A stretch of DNA of 64,000 bases, from contig JBKQVI010000535.1 in assembly GCA_052139985.1 (NCBI GenBank), positions 1,920 through 65,919 of the forward strand. Reading direction: 5' to 3'. The stretch comes from Terriglobia bacterium. GTDB taxonomy: Bacteria > Acidobacteriota > Terriglobia > UBA7540. The notes below the pieces were generated by a model, which was not told where the DNA came from, did no database searches, and saw only the letters and a program-made list of their open reading frames with translations. Positions 35,495-47,212 of this stretch are shown piece by piece. Made by a program: the position numbers and the translations under genes. Each line of letters begins with the position of its first letter. Position 1 is the stretch's first letter.

Positions 35495-35733
35495 AGTGCA
35501 ATAAGGCACTCAAAGAGCTGAGCGGATATCTGGACGGCGAGTTGGACGAGGCACTGAAGCATACGCTTGAGGCTCACTTGACTTATTGCAATCACTGTCA
35601 CGCGGTGTATGACAGCACCAAGAAGACCATCGACCTTTACTGCGATGGCAAGCTCTTTTCGCTCCCCGACGAAGTTCGCACCCGTTTACACGAGGCCCTG
35701 CGGCGCAAGCTGCAAGCGCGTGGATGTCACTGA
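35491..35733 (+). CDS. small cytoplasmic ZAS-type anti-sigma factor
   Basis: GTG start overlaps the sigma gene stop. H-x3-C-x2-C motif (HLTYCNHC). No TM segment. Confidence 0.65.
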   Translation: MKCNKALKELSGYLDGELDEALKHTLEAHLTYCNHCHAVYDSTKKTIDLYCDGKLFSLPDEVRTRLHEALRRKLQARGCH

Positions 35734-35825
35734 GTTTGACTTGCTACCTTAGGCTTGACAGGTCCGACTAACCCCCCGTACAATTTTCGGTTCGGGTGGT
35801 GCTGGTGGAGGAAATAAGGTAGCGC

Positions 35826-36179
35826 ATGGACAAGAAGAAAGTAGAATACTTCAAAAAACGCCTCCTGACCAAACAGGAAGAGCTGCTGCGCTTGGTGACC
35901 AAGTCGGAGAAAGACGGCCGTGAGGCCGACGAAGAGGCTACGCAAGATATTGTCGACAAGGCCGCCAACTCTTACACCAAGGAATTTCTCTTTCACCAGA
36001 GCGATGGCAACCGGCGGGTATTGCAACTCGTGGATGAGGCGCTGGAGCGTATGAAAGAGGGCACGTACGGACAATGCGTGATCTGCGAGCAGGAGGTCCA
36101 GCAAAAGCGGCTCGAGGCAGTGCCTTGGGCCAGCCACTGCATCGAGTGCCAGGAAAAGCAAGATCAAGGCCTGCTTTAA
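35826..36179 (+). CDS. DksA/TraR-family C4 zinc-finger protein
   Basis: CVICEQEV...x17...CIECQ and an N-terminal coiled coil. Confidence 0.8.
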   Translation: MDKKKVEYFKKRLLTKQEELLRLVTKSEKDGREADEEATQDIVDKAANSYTKEFLFHQSDGNRRVLQLVDEALERMKEGTYGQCVICEQEVQQKRLEAVPWASHCIECQEKQDQGLL

Positions 36180-36204
36180 GTAGCTTCGAATTTCTCCTGC
36201 GAGG

Positions 36205-37080
36205 TTGGTTTTCTCCCCAGGAACTAGCATCCACTCTCGTCAGCCTTCACTCCTTCGGGAGTTTCTGGACGGCTGTCTGGCCGTCGTCTTTCCCACGGAA
36301 TGCGCCCTTTGTGGAGGTGAGCTCTCGAGCCACAATGGCCTGCGCATCTGCCGTGCCTGCTGGGCGAGTCTGGAGCCGTGGCGCGGGCCCATTTGCTCAC
36401 GCTGCGGCATGCCGTTTGCGTCTCCCCACGCGCTTGACTCGATCGTCGCACGGTGCGGCGAGTGCCGGGACGACGCGCAGGCCTTCGACGGGGCGCGCAC
36501 GTTTGGCATTTACGCGGGGAGGCTTCGCCAGGTTGTTCTGCGCTTGAAGTTTGGCGCGGACGAACGCTTGGGAGGGCGTTTGGGCCAGATGCTGGCGACT
36601 GCGTGGGACTCGTTGCCCCAAGCGGGTGACTTTGTATCGCCCGTCATCGTTCCTGTTCCCCTGCACCCATCGCGTCGGCGCGAGCGGGGCTTCAACCAGT
36701 CGGAGTTGTTGGCGGCGGGCTTGGTGCGGGCGCTGCGCCGGCGGAGCGACGAGGCGGCGCCACAAATCGCCAAGGCCTGCCTGCGCCGCAAACGCCCGAC
36801 ACCTCCGCAGACCGGGTTGAGCGTGGCCGCGCGGCGTGAGAATCTGCGTGGGGCCTTTGAGGTGACCAAACCTGAGGAGGTGCGCGGTCGTCACATTGTT
36901 CTGGTTGACGATGTGATGACTACCGGGGCCACGCTTTCGGCATGCGCCCGGGCCTTGAAACGCGCGGGTGCGGCGAAGGTGATGGGCCTCGCGGTGGCGC
37001 GCGCTACCCCTCAGTTTCCAGATTTTGGACGTGATGACAGTGACAACACTGTTGACGGACTTGGCGGGGACTCGACATAA
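36205..37080 (+). CDS. comF: ComF-family phosphoribosyltransferase-like protein
   Basis: N-terminal double CxxC (CALCGG, CRACW, CSRCG, CGEC) plus the PRT motif VLVDDVMTTGATL. TTG start is uncertain. Confidence 0.75.
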   Translation: MVFSPGTSIHSRQPSLLREFLDGCLAVVFPTECALCGGELSSHNGLRICRACWASLEPWRGPICSRCGMPFASPHALDSIVARCGECRDDAQAFDGARTFGIYAGRLRQVVLRLKFGADERLGGRLGQMLATAWDSLPQAGDFVSPVIVPVPLHPSRRRERGFNQSELLAAGLVRALRRRSDEAAPQIAKACLRRKRPTPPQTGLSVAARRENLRGAFEVTKPEEVRGRHIVLVDDVMTTGATLSACARALKRAGAAKVMGLAVARATPQFPDFGRDDSDNTVDGLGGDST

Positions 37081-37124
37081 TAAGCTAAGAACCCGGCGCG
37101 GTTCGTGCGCTTAGGTGATACTCA

Positions 37125-37661
37125 ATGTCGGAGGATGGCCATCAACGACTGCTGCAAGAGCCCGTACTGGTGCTCAACGCCACGTACGAGCCCGTCAATG
37201 TCACTGCCGTTCGGCGCGCCCTCGTGTTGGTGCTGAAAGGTGTGGCTACCACGGAGGAGGAAGACGGGAAGTTCATTCACTCCTCGCAGTTGGCCTTTCG
37301 CATTCCGTCGGTCATTCGTCTGTTGCAATTCCGGCGCATACCCTACCAAACGCGGGCTCTTTCAAGGAAGAACGTGCTCCTGCGTGACCGTTACACCTGC
37401 CAATTCTGCGGTCGGGTGATGCCCGCTCACGAACTTACTCTGGATCATGTTATCCCTCGTTCGCGCGGAGGCCATACCGATTGGGACAACCTTGTCGCTT
37501 GCTGCCATCGCTGCAATAACCTGAAGGGAGATCGCTTGCCGGAAGAGGCGGGTGTCCGCTTGTTGCGGCCGCCCATGCCCTTTACCCTTCACACCAGCCG
37601 GCAGATCATGCGCATGATGGGCCGCTCCGACGAACGCTGGCGAAAATACCTCTTTTGCTAA
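37125..37661 (+). CDS. stand-alone HNH endonuclease
   Basis: CQFCG...[29 protein letters not shown]. Confidence 0.8.
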   Translation: MSEDGHQRLLQEPVLVLNATYEPVNVTAVRRALVLVLKGVATTEEEDGKFIHSSQLAFRIPSVIRLLQFRRIPYQTRALSRKNVLLRDRYTCQFCGRVMPAHELTLDHVIPRSRGGHTDWDNLVACCHRCNNLKGDRLPEEAGVRLLRPPMPFTLHTSRQIMRMMGRSDERWRKYLFC

Positions 37662-37799
37662 GCTTTGTGCGGAGGCCCCTCGAGCGCTTGGCCGTGGGCC
37701 CAGGTCGAACTTCCAATCGGCAATCGTGATCCCGAACTGCATCCCACCACTGCAGCTTGTCTGACAAGCGCATTTGAATTTGGACAGTAACCCCGTCCC

Positions 37800-41534
<3,735 letters not shown>

Positions 41535-41700
41535 TCTGAAGAAGGCTTCCTCCTGAATTTCTGCCCGTGATTAGTCTGGCACGCGCCCTCATTGATACGC
41601 CGGCGCTGGTTTTATGGTTCGATCCGCCCTGCTGCGTTTTGGCTTCTCTCTACAGAATACCATGCCTTCTCCAACGAGTGGAGCTGGGGGCTCTGACTGG

Positions 41701-41787
41701 TACTGTCCTAATTTGAGCGTAACGCCGCCATCTTGGCGGCTCCTGTGCCGGCTGGAAGCCGGCGCTACGGCTCAAATTAGGACAGCA
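41701..41787. repeat. Y-shaped palindromic element (outer 15-bp arms tgtcctaatttgagc/gctcaaattaggaca, two inner hairpins)
   Basis: Read directly. The first inner hairpin has the CCATCTTGG loop. Confidence 0.85.
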
Positions 41788-41799
41788 CCCTCTGACTCG

Positions 41800-41884
41800 T
41801 AGTGTCTCAGTTTGAATTTGTAGCGGCGAGTTTACCTCGCCATATGGCGGCGTAAAGCCGCCTCTACGTCAAACTGAGATACTA
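41800..41884 (+). repeat. Y-shaped palindromic element, family B (gtctcagtttga...tcaaactgagat)
   Basis: Inner hairpins ggcgag-tttacc-tcgcc and ggcggc-gtaaa-gccgcc. An inverted copy lies at 47030-47110. Confidence 0.85.
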
Positions 41885-42012
41885 CCCTCTGACTGGCGCT
41901 ACGGTCAGTGCGGCCATCTTGGCGGCCGGCTAGGAAGGCGACCAAGCGTTATGGCGACGGCCTGTGGGGCGGCGTACTCTTAAGCTTCCCGCTTGGAGCT
42001 GCGTATAACCCC

Positions 42013-42274
42013 TTGTATTTTCATCAATATAATGGAGAGATGGAATTAACATGCTTATTTTTCAACAACATAATGGAGAGCCGCAGTTCGGACATTTTTT
42101 CTACATGTGTTTTCAATAACATAATGGAGGTTACCTTCATTTCCCCCCCCCCCGCGTTTCTTAACCCGCCATCAACGCGAAGTCTGTAACTTATTTAGTA
42201 TCAATAACTTGATTTTTTGTGGACGAACAGGAAAACTTGCTAAGTGCATTTGTAATCATGAACATAATGGAGAG
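42013..42274 (+). repeat. four copies of the AT-rich box TTGT(A/G)TTTTCA(A/T)YAAYATAATGGAGAG
   Basis: Copies at 42013-42039, 42052-42080, 42106-42130 and 42249-42274, in the metH/lhr divergent spacer. Confidence 0.85.
42143..42153. repeat. C11 homopolymer tract
   Basis: Read directly (catttcccccccccccgcg). Lies between box copies 3 and 4. Confidence 0.9.
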
Positions 42275-42664
42275 ACTCTTCGTTCTCAGGATTCTTTTTT
42301 CCCCGCGCTTCTCGTCTACTCGTCTGTGGAACCGTAAGGGATTCGGGCCTCAATCAGGCGCCGATCACCAGCGCACCCCGCGCGGCGGGCCCGCCGCCGG
42401 TCCTGTCACCGCGCCGCTCGGGTACACTACCCTCCATCGTAGACTACCACCGTAGACGATCATTGTCAACAAGAATATTATCGATCTCTCCAGCAGGGGG
42501 CCTTACGAAGCGCGTGCCTGATGGTCTGAGATTCCCCCCGGGCGGCAGGGCTCGCTCACGCTCCGCCATTTTCCGAAGGCTCACGTTTGATGTATTCTGA
42601 TACTTCCCCGTTTGACCTCTACAGTTCGAGTGGTTCACGGCCGGATCGGGCTTACGGTTCTTCG

Positions 42665-45600
42665 ATGAATATAACGGATTCGAGCATAACGGCTTCTTCT
42701 GCTCTCGATTGGGCGCATCCCATCGTGCGCGAGTGGTTCCTCGGCCGGCTCGGCCATCCGACCGAGCCTCAGGAGCAGGGCTGGCCACACATCCTGGCAG
42801 GCGAAACCACGCTGATTTCTGCCCCGACGGGCTCGGGTAAAACTCTGGCGGCTTTCCTGGTTTGCATTGATCGCCTGGTAAAGAGTGCGCTTTCAGGTGA
42901 GCTCCGGGATGAAACCAAGGTGGTTTACGTTTCTCCGTTGAAGGCCCTGGGAAACGACATACAGAAGAATCTCGATATTCCGCTCGGGGGAATTCTGAAG
43001 CTGGCGGCGGCTCGCGGGCTTGTGCTGCCGGAGATTCGAACCGCGGTGCGCACCGGCGACACGCTGCTGCACGATCGCCGCGCGATGCTTAAGCGCCCTC
43101 CGCACATCCTGGTTACAACTCCGGAATCGCTTTACATCTTGCTCACGGCCGGAAAGAGCCGCGAAATCCTGAAATCGGTCGAGACGGTGATCGTTGATGA
43201 AATCCATGCCGTCGCCGATGACAAGCGCGGCACGCACTTGGTTCTTTCACTCGAGCGTTTGGAAGCACTCACCCGCCGGCCACCGCTGCGCATTGGCCTT
43301 TCGGCAACGCAGAAGCCGATTGAATTAGTGGCGCACTTTCTGTCCGGAAATGGCAGGCCGGATCCTACCGTCGTGCAAATCGGCCACCAGCGCGAGATGG
43401 ACCTTGCCATCGAAGTCCCTGCCAGCGAATTGGGGCCCGTTGCCTCCCACGAAATGTGGGATGAAATTTACGACAGGATCGGGGACTTGGTTCGACAGCA
43501 TCGTTCGACGCTCGTATTCGTCAACACTCGACGCCTGGCAGAGCGCGTGGCACACCACCTGGCGGAACGGCTTGGCCGAGACGCAGTCGCCACGCACCAC
43601 GGAAGCCTTGCTCGGAAACTTCGGCTCGACGCGGAAAAGCGGCTGAAGGCGGGCGAAATCCAAGTGTTGGTCGCCACGGCTTCGCTCGAACTCGGAATCG
43701 ACATCGGCGCGGTGGATCTGGTTTGCCAGATCGGATCGACGCGCGCGATCTCGGTGGCCTGGCAGCGAATCGGGCGGGCGGGTCACTGGCGCGGCGCCAT
43801 CCCCAAGGGCCGCATTTTCGCCACGACACGAGACGAATTGATCGAGTGCGCCGCTCTGGTGCGCGGCATGAGGCAAGGCGACCTGGACCGCCTGGAAATT
43901 CCCGAAGCGCCGCTCGAGATCCTGGCGCAGCACATAGTGGCAATGTGCGCGGCGGAGGAGTGGAAGGAAGATGACCTTTTCGCGCTGGTGCGGCGCGCTT
44001 ATCCCTATCGAAAGCTCGCTCGCGCCGACTTTGACGAGATCGTTGCAATGTTGTCCGAGGGGATCAACGCCCGCCGCGGCCGATGGGGCGCACACCTTCA
44101 CCATGACCAAGTGAACCGGCGTCTTCTGGGGAGGCGCGGCAGCCGGCTTACCGCCATAACCAACGGTGGGGCGATTCCGGATAACGCCCTCTACACGGTG
44201 GTGGCCGCACCCGCGGGCAATACCGTCGGCACCGTTGACGAAGACTTCGCGGTTGAAAGCCTGCGTGGCGATATTATGCTCCTGGGTAATGCCTCCTGGC
44301 GAATCCGGCGAATCCAGGCGGGGCGGGTTCTTGTGGAAGATGCGCACGGGTCTTCTCCCAACGTGCCTTTCTGGCGCGGCGAGGCGCCGGCACGCACATC
44401 CGAACTCTCGAAGCAAGTTGCCGATTTGCGCGAGAAGATTAGCGACATGACTCCAGGCGCGGGGCCGGGCACGGGGGATTCAGCGGAGGCCCAAGCGGCT
44501 ATGGCCTGGCTTCAGCGGGAGTGCGGTCTCGACAGCGCGGGCGCCGAGCAGGTTGTGGAGCACATTGTTGCAGGACGCGCGATTCTGGGAGCGGTTCCAA
44601 CGCTGACCACCGTCATTGCCGAGCGATTTTTCGATGAAAGCGGCGGGATGCAACTGGTGATCCACGCTCCCTTCGGCGGGCGAATCAACAAGGCTTGGGG
44701 ACTCGCACTGCGCAAACGATTCTGCCGGTCGTTCAATCTGGAATTGCAGGCGGCAGCGACGGACGATGGCATCAATATTTCGCTCTCGGAACAGCACAGC
44801 TTTCCCCTTGCAGATGTCTTCCGGTTTCTCCACCCGGCCTCGGTTGGGCAGGTGTTGGAGCAGGCGGTGCTGGCTTCTCCCATTTTCACCACGCGCTGGC
44901 GGTGGAACGCCTCGCGCGCCCTGGTCTTGTCCCGGTTTCAAGGCGGCAGAAAGGTTCCTCCGCAGATTCAACGCATGCGTGCCGATGACCTGCTGGCATC
45001 CGTCTTTCCCGATGCAGCAGCGTGTCCGGAAAACCTCGAAGGCGAGATGCAGATTCCCGACCATCCCCTGGTGCGCGAGGTGATGAAGGACGCACTCACG
45101 GAGGCGATGGACGTGGAAGGGCTGAAACAGGTGCTCGGGCGAATCCTGGAAGGTAGCATTCGCTGCGTGAGCGTGGACACACCCATGCCCTCGCGGTTCT
45201 CGCACGAGATTCTGAATGCGAACCCGTACGCCTATCTCGACGATGCTCCGTTGGAGGAACGACGCGCACGAGCGGTGGAAATGCGGAGAGCTTTGCCGGA
45301 TACCGTCGTTTCGGATATTGGACGGCTTGACCCGTCGGCAATTGCAGAAGTCCGGACGGAAGTGTGGCCAGACGTTCGCGACGCCGAGGAGTTGCACGAC
45401 GCCTTGGAAAGCCTCGTCGCTATGCCGGACTTGAGCTCTTCAGGAGCTGACCGACTTTCATCTGGAGACGCTGCGGATGATAGACCCCCAGATCTTGTCT
45501 ACCTCCAAAACGCCGTCCGCGAATCGCTCTTAGCTTGGCAAAAGTGTTTCGATGAGCTTCTGGCACAGCGGCGCATCGGACGAGCCGATGTCGCAGGCCG

Positions 45601-47029
45601 GTCGTACTGGGTGACGGCAGAAAAGGCCAAAGCCTTTGCTCAGATTTTTCCCGACGCCCGATTCACCACCGCGATCGCCACTGTCGAAGCCACCGTTTTG
45701 CAAGAGGAGGATGCACTCCGAGCGCTTGCTACCGGCTGGTTGGCCCACTCTGGTCCCGTGAGTTCTCGATCTCTTTCCCGGTTCTTGGGCATTTCCAAAG
45801 ACGAAATCGACGAGATTCTCGTGCGGATCGAAGCGAGCGGCACGGTCTTGCGTGGACAATTCTCGAACCTTGCGTCAAATGAGGTGGAGTGGTGTGACCG
45901 CCGGTTGCTCGCCAGGATTCACCGGCTGACGCTGGGAAAGCTGCGCAAAGAAATTGAGCCGGTCAGTGCGGCGAAATTCATGGACTGGCTGCTCCACTGG
46001 CAGCACGTGGCGGCGGGTACGCAGCTTGTCGGCGAGCACGGGACGCTTGAGGTGGTGCGCCAGCTTCAAGGGTATGAAGCTCCCGCCAATGCGTGGGAAC
46101 GCCACCTTTTGGCGTGTCGAGTGAGGAATTATGACCCGGACATTCTTGACCGGCTTTGCCTCACCGGATCGCTCGGCTGGGGACGCTTGTCGCCTCACCC
46201 CGCGGTGCTGCGCGATTTGAATGAGGGTGGCCATCGGGTTGTGCCCAGCAGTGTCGCGCCGATCACATTCTTCGCGCGGGATGACGCGGACTGGATGCTT
46301 TCGCGTCAGGGTGGGAATTCCGGCGAGGGCATGAATGGCTTGAGCCCCACTTCGAAAGCCGTCTGGGATTATCTCAAGGCGCGGGGTGCGTCCTTCTTTG
46401 TGGACATCGTGCGCGGGACTCGCAAATTGAAATCCGAAGTGGAGGGTGCTCTTTGGGAACTGGTTGCGGCGGGAATTATCACGGCCGACGGCTTTGACAA
46501 CTTGCGCGCCCTCATCGACCCGCGGCGACGCGCCGGCCAGGGCAGCGGCCGCAATTCACGTCCGCGGCACAGCACGGGGCGCTGGTCCTTGCTCTTTCCA
46601 AGCGCGACGGAGGACCGGGACGAAGTGATCGAGTCAACGTGCTGGATGCTTCTGCGTCGATACGGCATCGTTTTCCGCGAGGTGCTGACCCGGGAATCGA
46701 TTTTGCCGCGTTGGCGCGAGGTTTTGATCGCCCTGCGGCGATTCGAAGCGCGCGGCGAAGTGCGTGGGGGCAGGTTTGTGAACGGTTTTCTGGGAGAACA
46801 ATTCGCCATGCCGATGGCGGTAGATTCGTTGCGAACCACGCGGAGCCAGGCTGCCACTGGCGAACCGATCTCTGTTTCGGCTGCCGATCCTCTGAATCTT
46901 GCCGGAATCATCGTGCCGGGAGAAAGAGTCCCGGCGAATTCCGGCCGATTGGTGGGCTTTTGTGACGGCATCGCCGTGGATGCAAGTCAATTCGGCGCTT
47001 CATTTAAGACGGCGGCGCGCACAGGGTAA
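42665..47029 (+). CDS. lhr: Lhr-type large ATP-dependent helicase
   Basis: Walker A SAPTGSGKT, DEIH box VIVDEIHA, motif VATASLELGID, and a long Lhr-like C-terminal extension. Alternative start ATG at 42590. Confidence 0.9.
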   Translation: MNITDSSITASSALDWAHPIVREWFLGRLGHPTEPQEQGWPHILAGETTLISAPTGSGKTLAAFLVCIDRLVKSALSGELRDETKVVYVSPLKALGNDIQKNLDIPLGGILKLAAARGLVLPEIRTAVRTGDTLLHDRRAMLKRPPHILVTTPESLYILLTAGKSREILKSVETVIVDEIHAVADDKRGTHLVLSLERLEALTRRPPLRIGLSATQKPIELVAHFLSGNGRPDPTVVQIGHQREMDLAIEVPASELGPVASHEMWDEIYDRIGDLVRQHRSTLVFVNTRRLAERVAHHLAERLGRDAVATHHGSLARKLRLDAEKRLKAGEIQVLVATASLELGIDIGAVDLVCQIGSTRAISVAWQRIGRAGHWRGAIPKGRIFATTRDELIECAALVRGMRQGDLDRLEIPEAPLEILAQHIVAMCAAEEWKEDDLFALVRRAYPYRKLARADFDEIVAMLSEGINARRGRWGAHLHHDQVNRRLLGRRGSRLTAITNGGAIPDNALYTVVAAPAGNTVGTVDEDFAVESLRGDIMLLGNASWRIRRIQAGRVLVEDAHGSSPNVPFWRGEAPARTSELSKQVADLREKISDMTPGAGPGTGDSAEAQAAMAWLQRECGLDSAGAEQVVEHIVAGRAILGAVPTLTTVIAERFFDESGGMQLVIHAPFGGRINKAWGLALRKRFCRSFNLELQAAATDDGINISLSEQHSFPLADVFRFLHPASVGQVLEQAVLASPIFTTRWRWNASRALVLSRFQGGRKVPPQIQRMRADDLLASVFPDAAACPENLEGEMQIPDHPLVREVMKDALTEAMDVEGLKQVLGRILEGSIRCVSVDTPMPSRFSHEILNANPYAYLDDAPLEERRARAVEMRRALPDTVVSDIGRLDPSAIAEVRTEVWPDVRDAEELHDALESLVAMPDLSSSGADRLSSGDAADDRPPDLVYLQNAVRESLLAWQKCFDELLAQRRIGRADVAGRSYWVTAEKAKAFAQIFPDARFTTAIATVEATVLQEEDALRALATGWLAHSGPVSSRSLSRFLGISKDEIDEILVRIEASGTVLRGQFSNLASNEVEWCDRRLLARIHRLTLGKLRKEIEPVSAAKFMDWLLHWQHVAAGTQLVGEHGTLEVVRQLQGYEAPANAWERHLLACRVRNYDPDILDRLCLTGSLGWGRLSPHPAVLRDLNEGGHRVVPSSVAPITFFARDDADWMLSRQGGNSGEGMNGLSPTSKAVWDYLKARGASFFVDIVRGTRKLKSEVEGALWELVAAGIITADGFDNLRALIDPRRRAGQGSGRNSRPRHSTGRWSLLFPSATEDRDEVIESTCWMLLRRYGIVFREVLTRESILPRWREVLIALRRFEARGEVRGGRFVNGFLGEQFAMPMAVDSLRTTRSQAATGEPISVSAADPLNLAGIIVPGERVPANSGRLVGFCDGIAVDASQFGASFKTAARTG

Positions 47030-47110
47030 TGGTGCAGTTTGACGTAGAGGCGGCTTTACGCCGCCATTTGGCGAGGTAAACTCGCCGCTACAACGTCAAA
47101 CTGCACCACT
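47030..47110 (-). repeat. family B palindromic element, inverted relative to 41800-41884, flanked by direct GGGTAAT
   Basis: The inner sequence is the reverse complement of the 41800 copy. GGGTAAT occurs at 47024-47030 and 47114-47120. Confidence 0.85.
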
Positions 47111-47212
47111 ACCGGGTAATGACCTAACTCGACTTTGCTTTTGGGCATTGTCATCTCCTACGCACATGAAGTAATTTAGTTTTATTCTCACGAGCAGGAG
47201 ACGAGCGCGCAA

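Noticed and set aside
41618-41640. tRNA-like T-loop string GGTTCGATCC
   Set aside because: The flanking 5-nt arms (TATGG / CGCCC) are not complementary, and no acceptor or anticodon arms can be drawn. I saw no other tRNA-like segment in the window.
41535-41700. Possible cobalamin or SAM/SAH riboswitch in the metH leader
   Set aside because: I read the minus-strand leader and found no B12 box (GCCACTG) and no pattern I could confidently match to SAM or SAH riboswitches. The ATG is preceded only by AGGAGGAAG. A covariance-model scan (Rfam) would settle this.
41689-42274. CRISPR-like appearance of regularly spaced repeats
   Set aside because: The repeated units are either 10-12 nt (CTCTGACTSG) separating palindromic elements, or imperfect AT-rich boxes with irregular spacing (41, 51 and 143 nt). 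There are only 3-4 copies and no cas genes in the window.
43325-45397. 363-aa and 305-aa minus-strand ORFs (43325-44416, 44480-45397), and similar ones at 46369-46971 and 48592-49239
   Set aside because: They lie antisense inside lhr and inside the 865-aa gene. They are arginine/proline-rich and have no recognisable domains.
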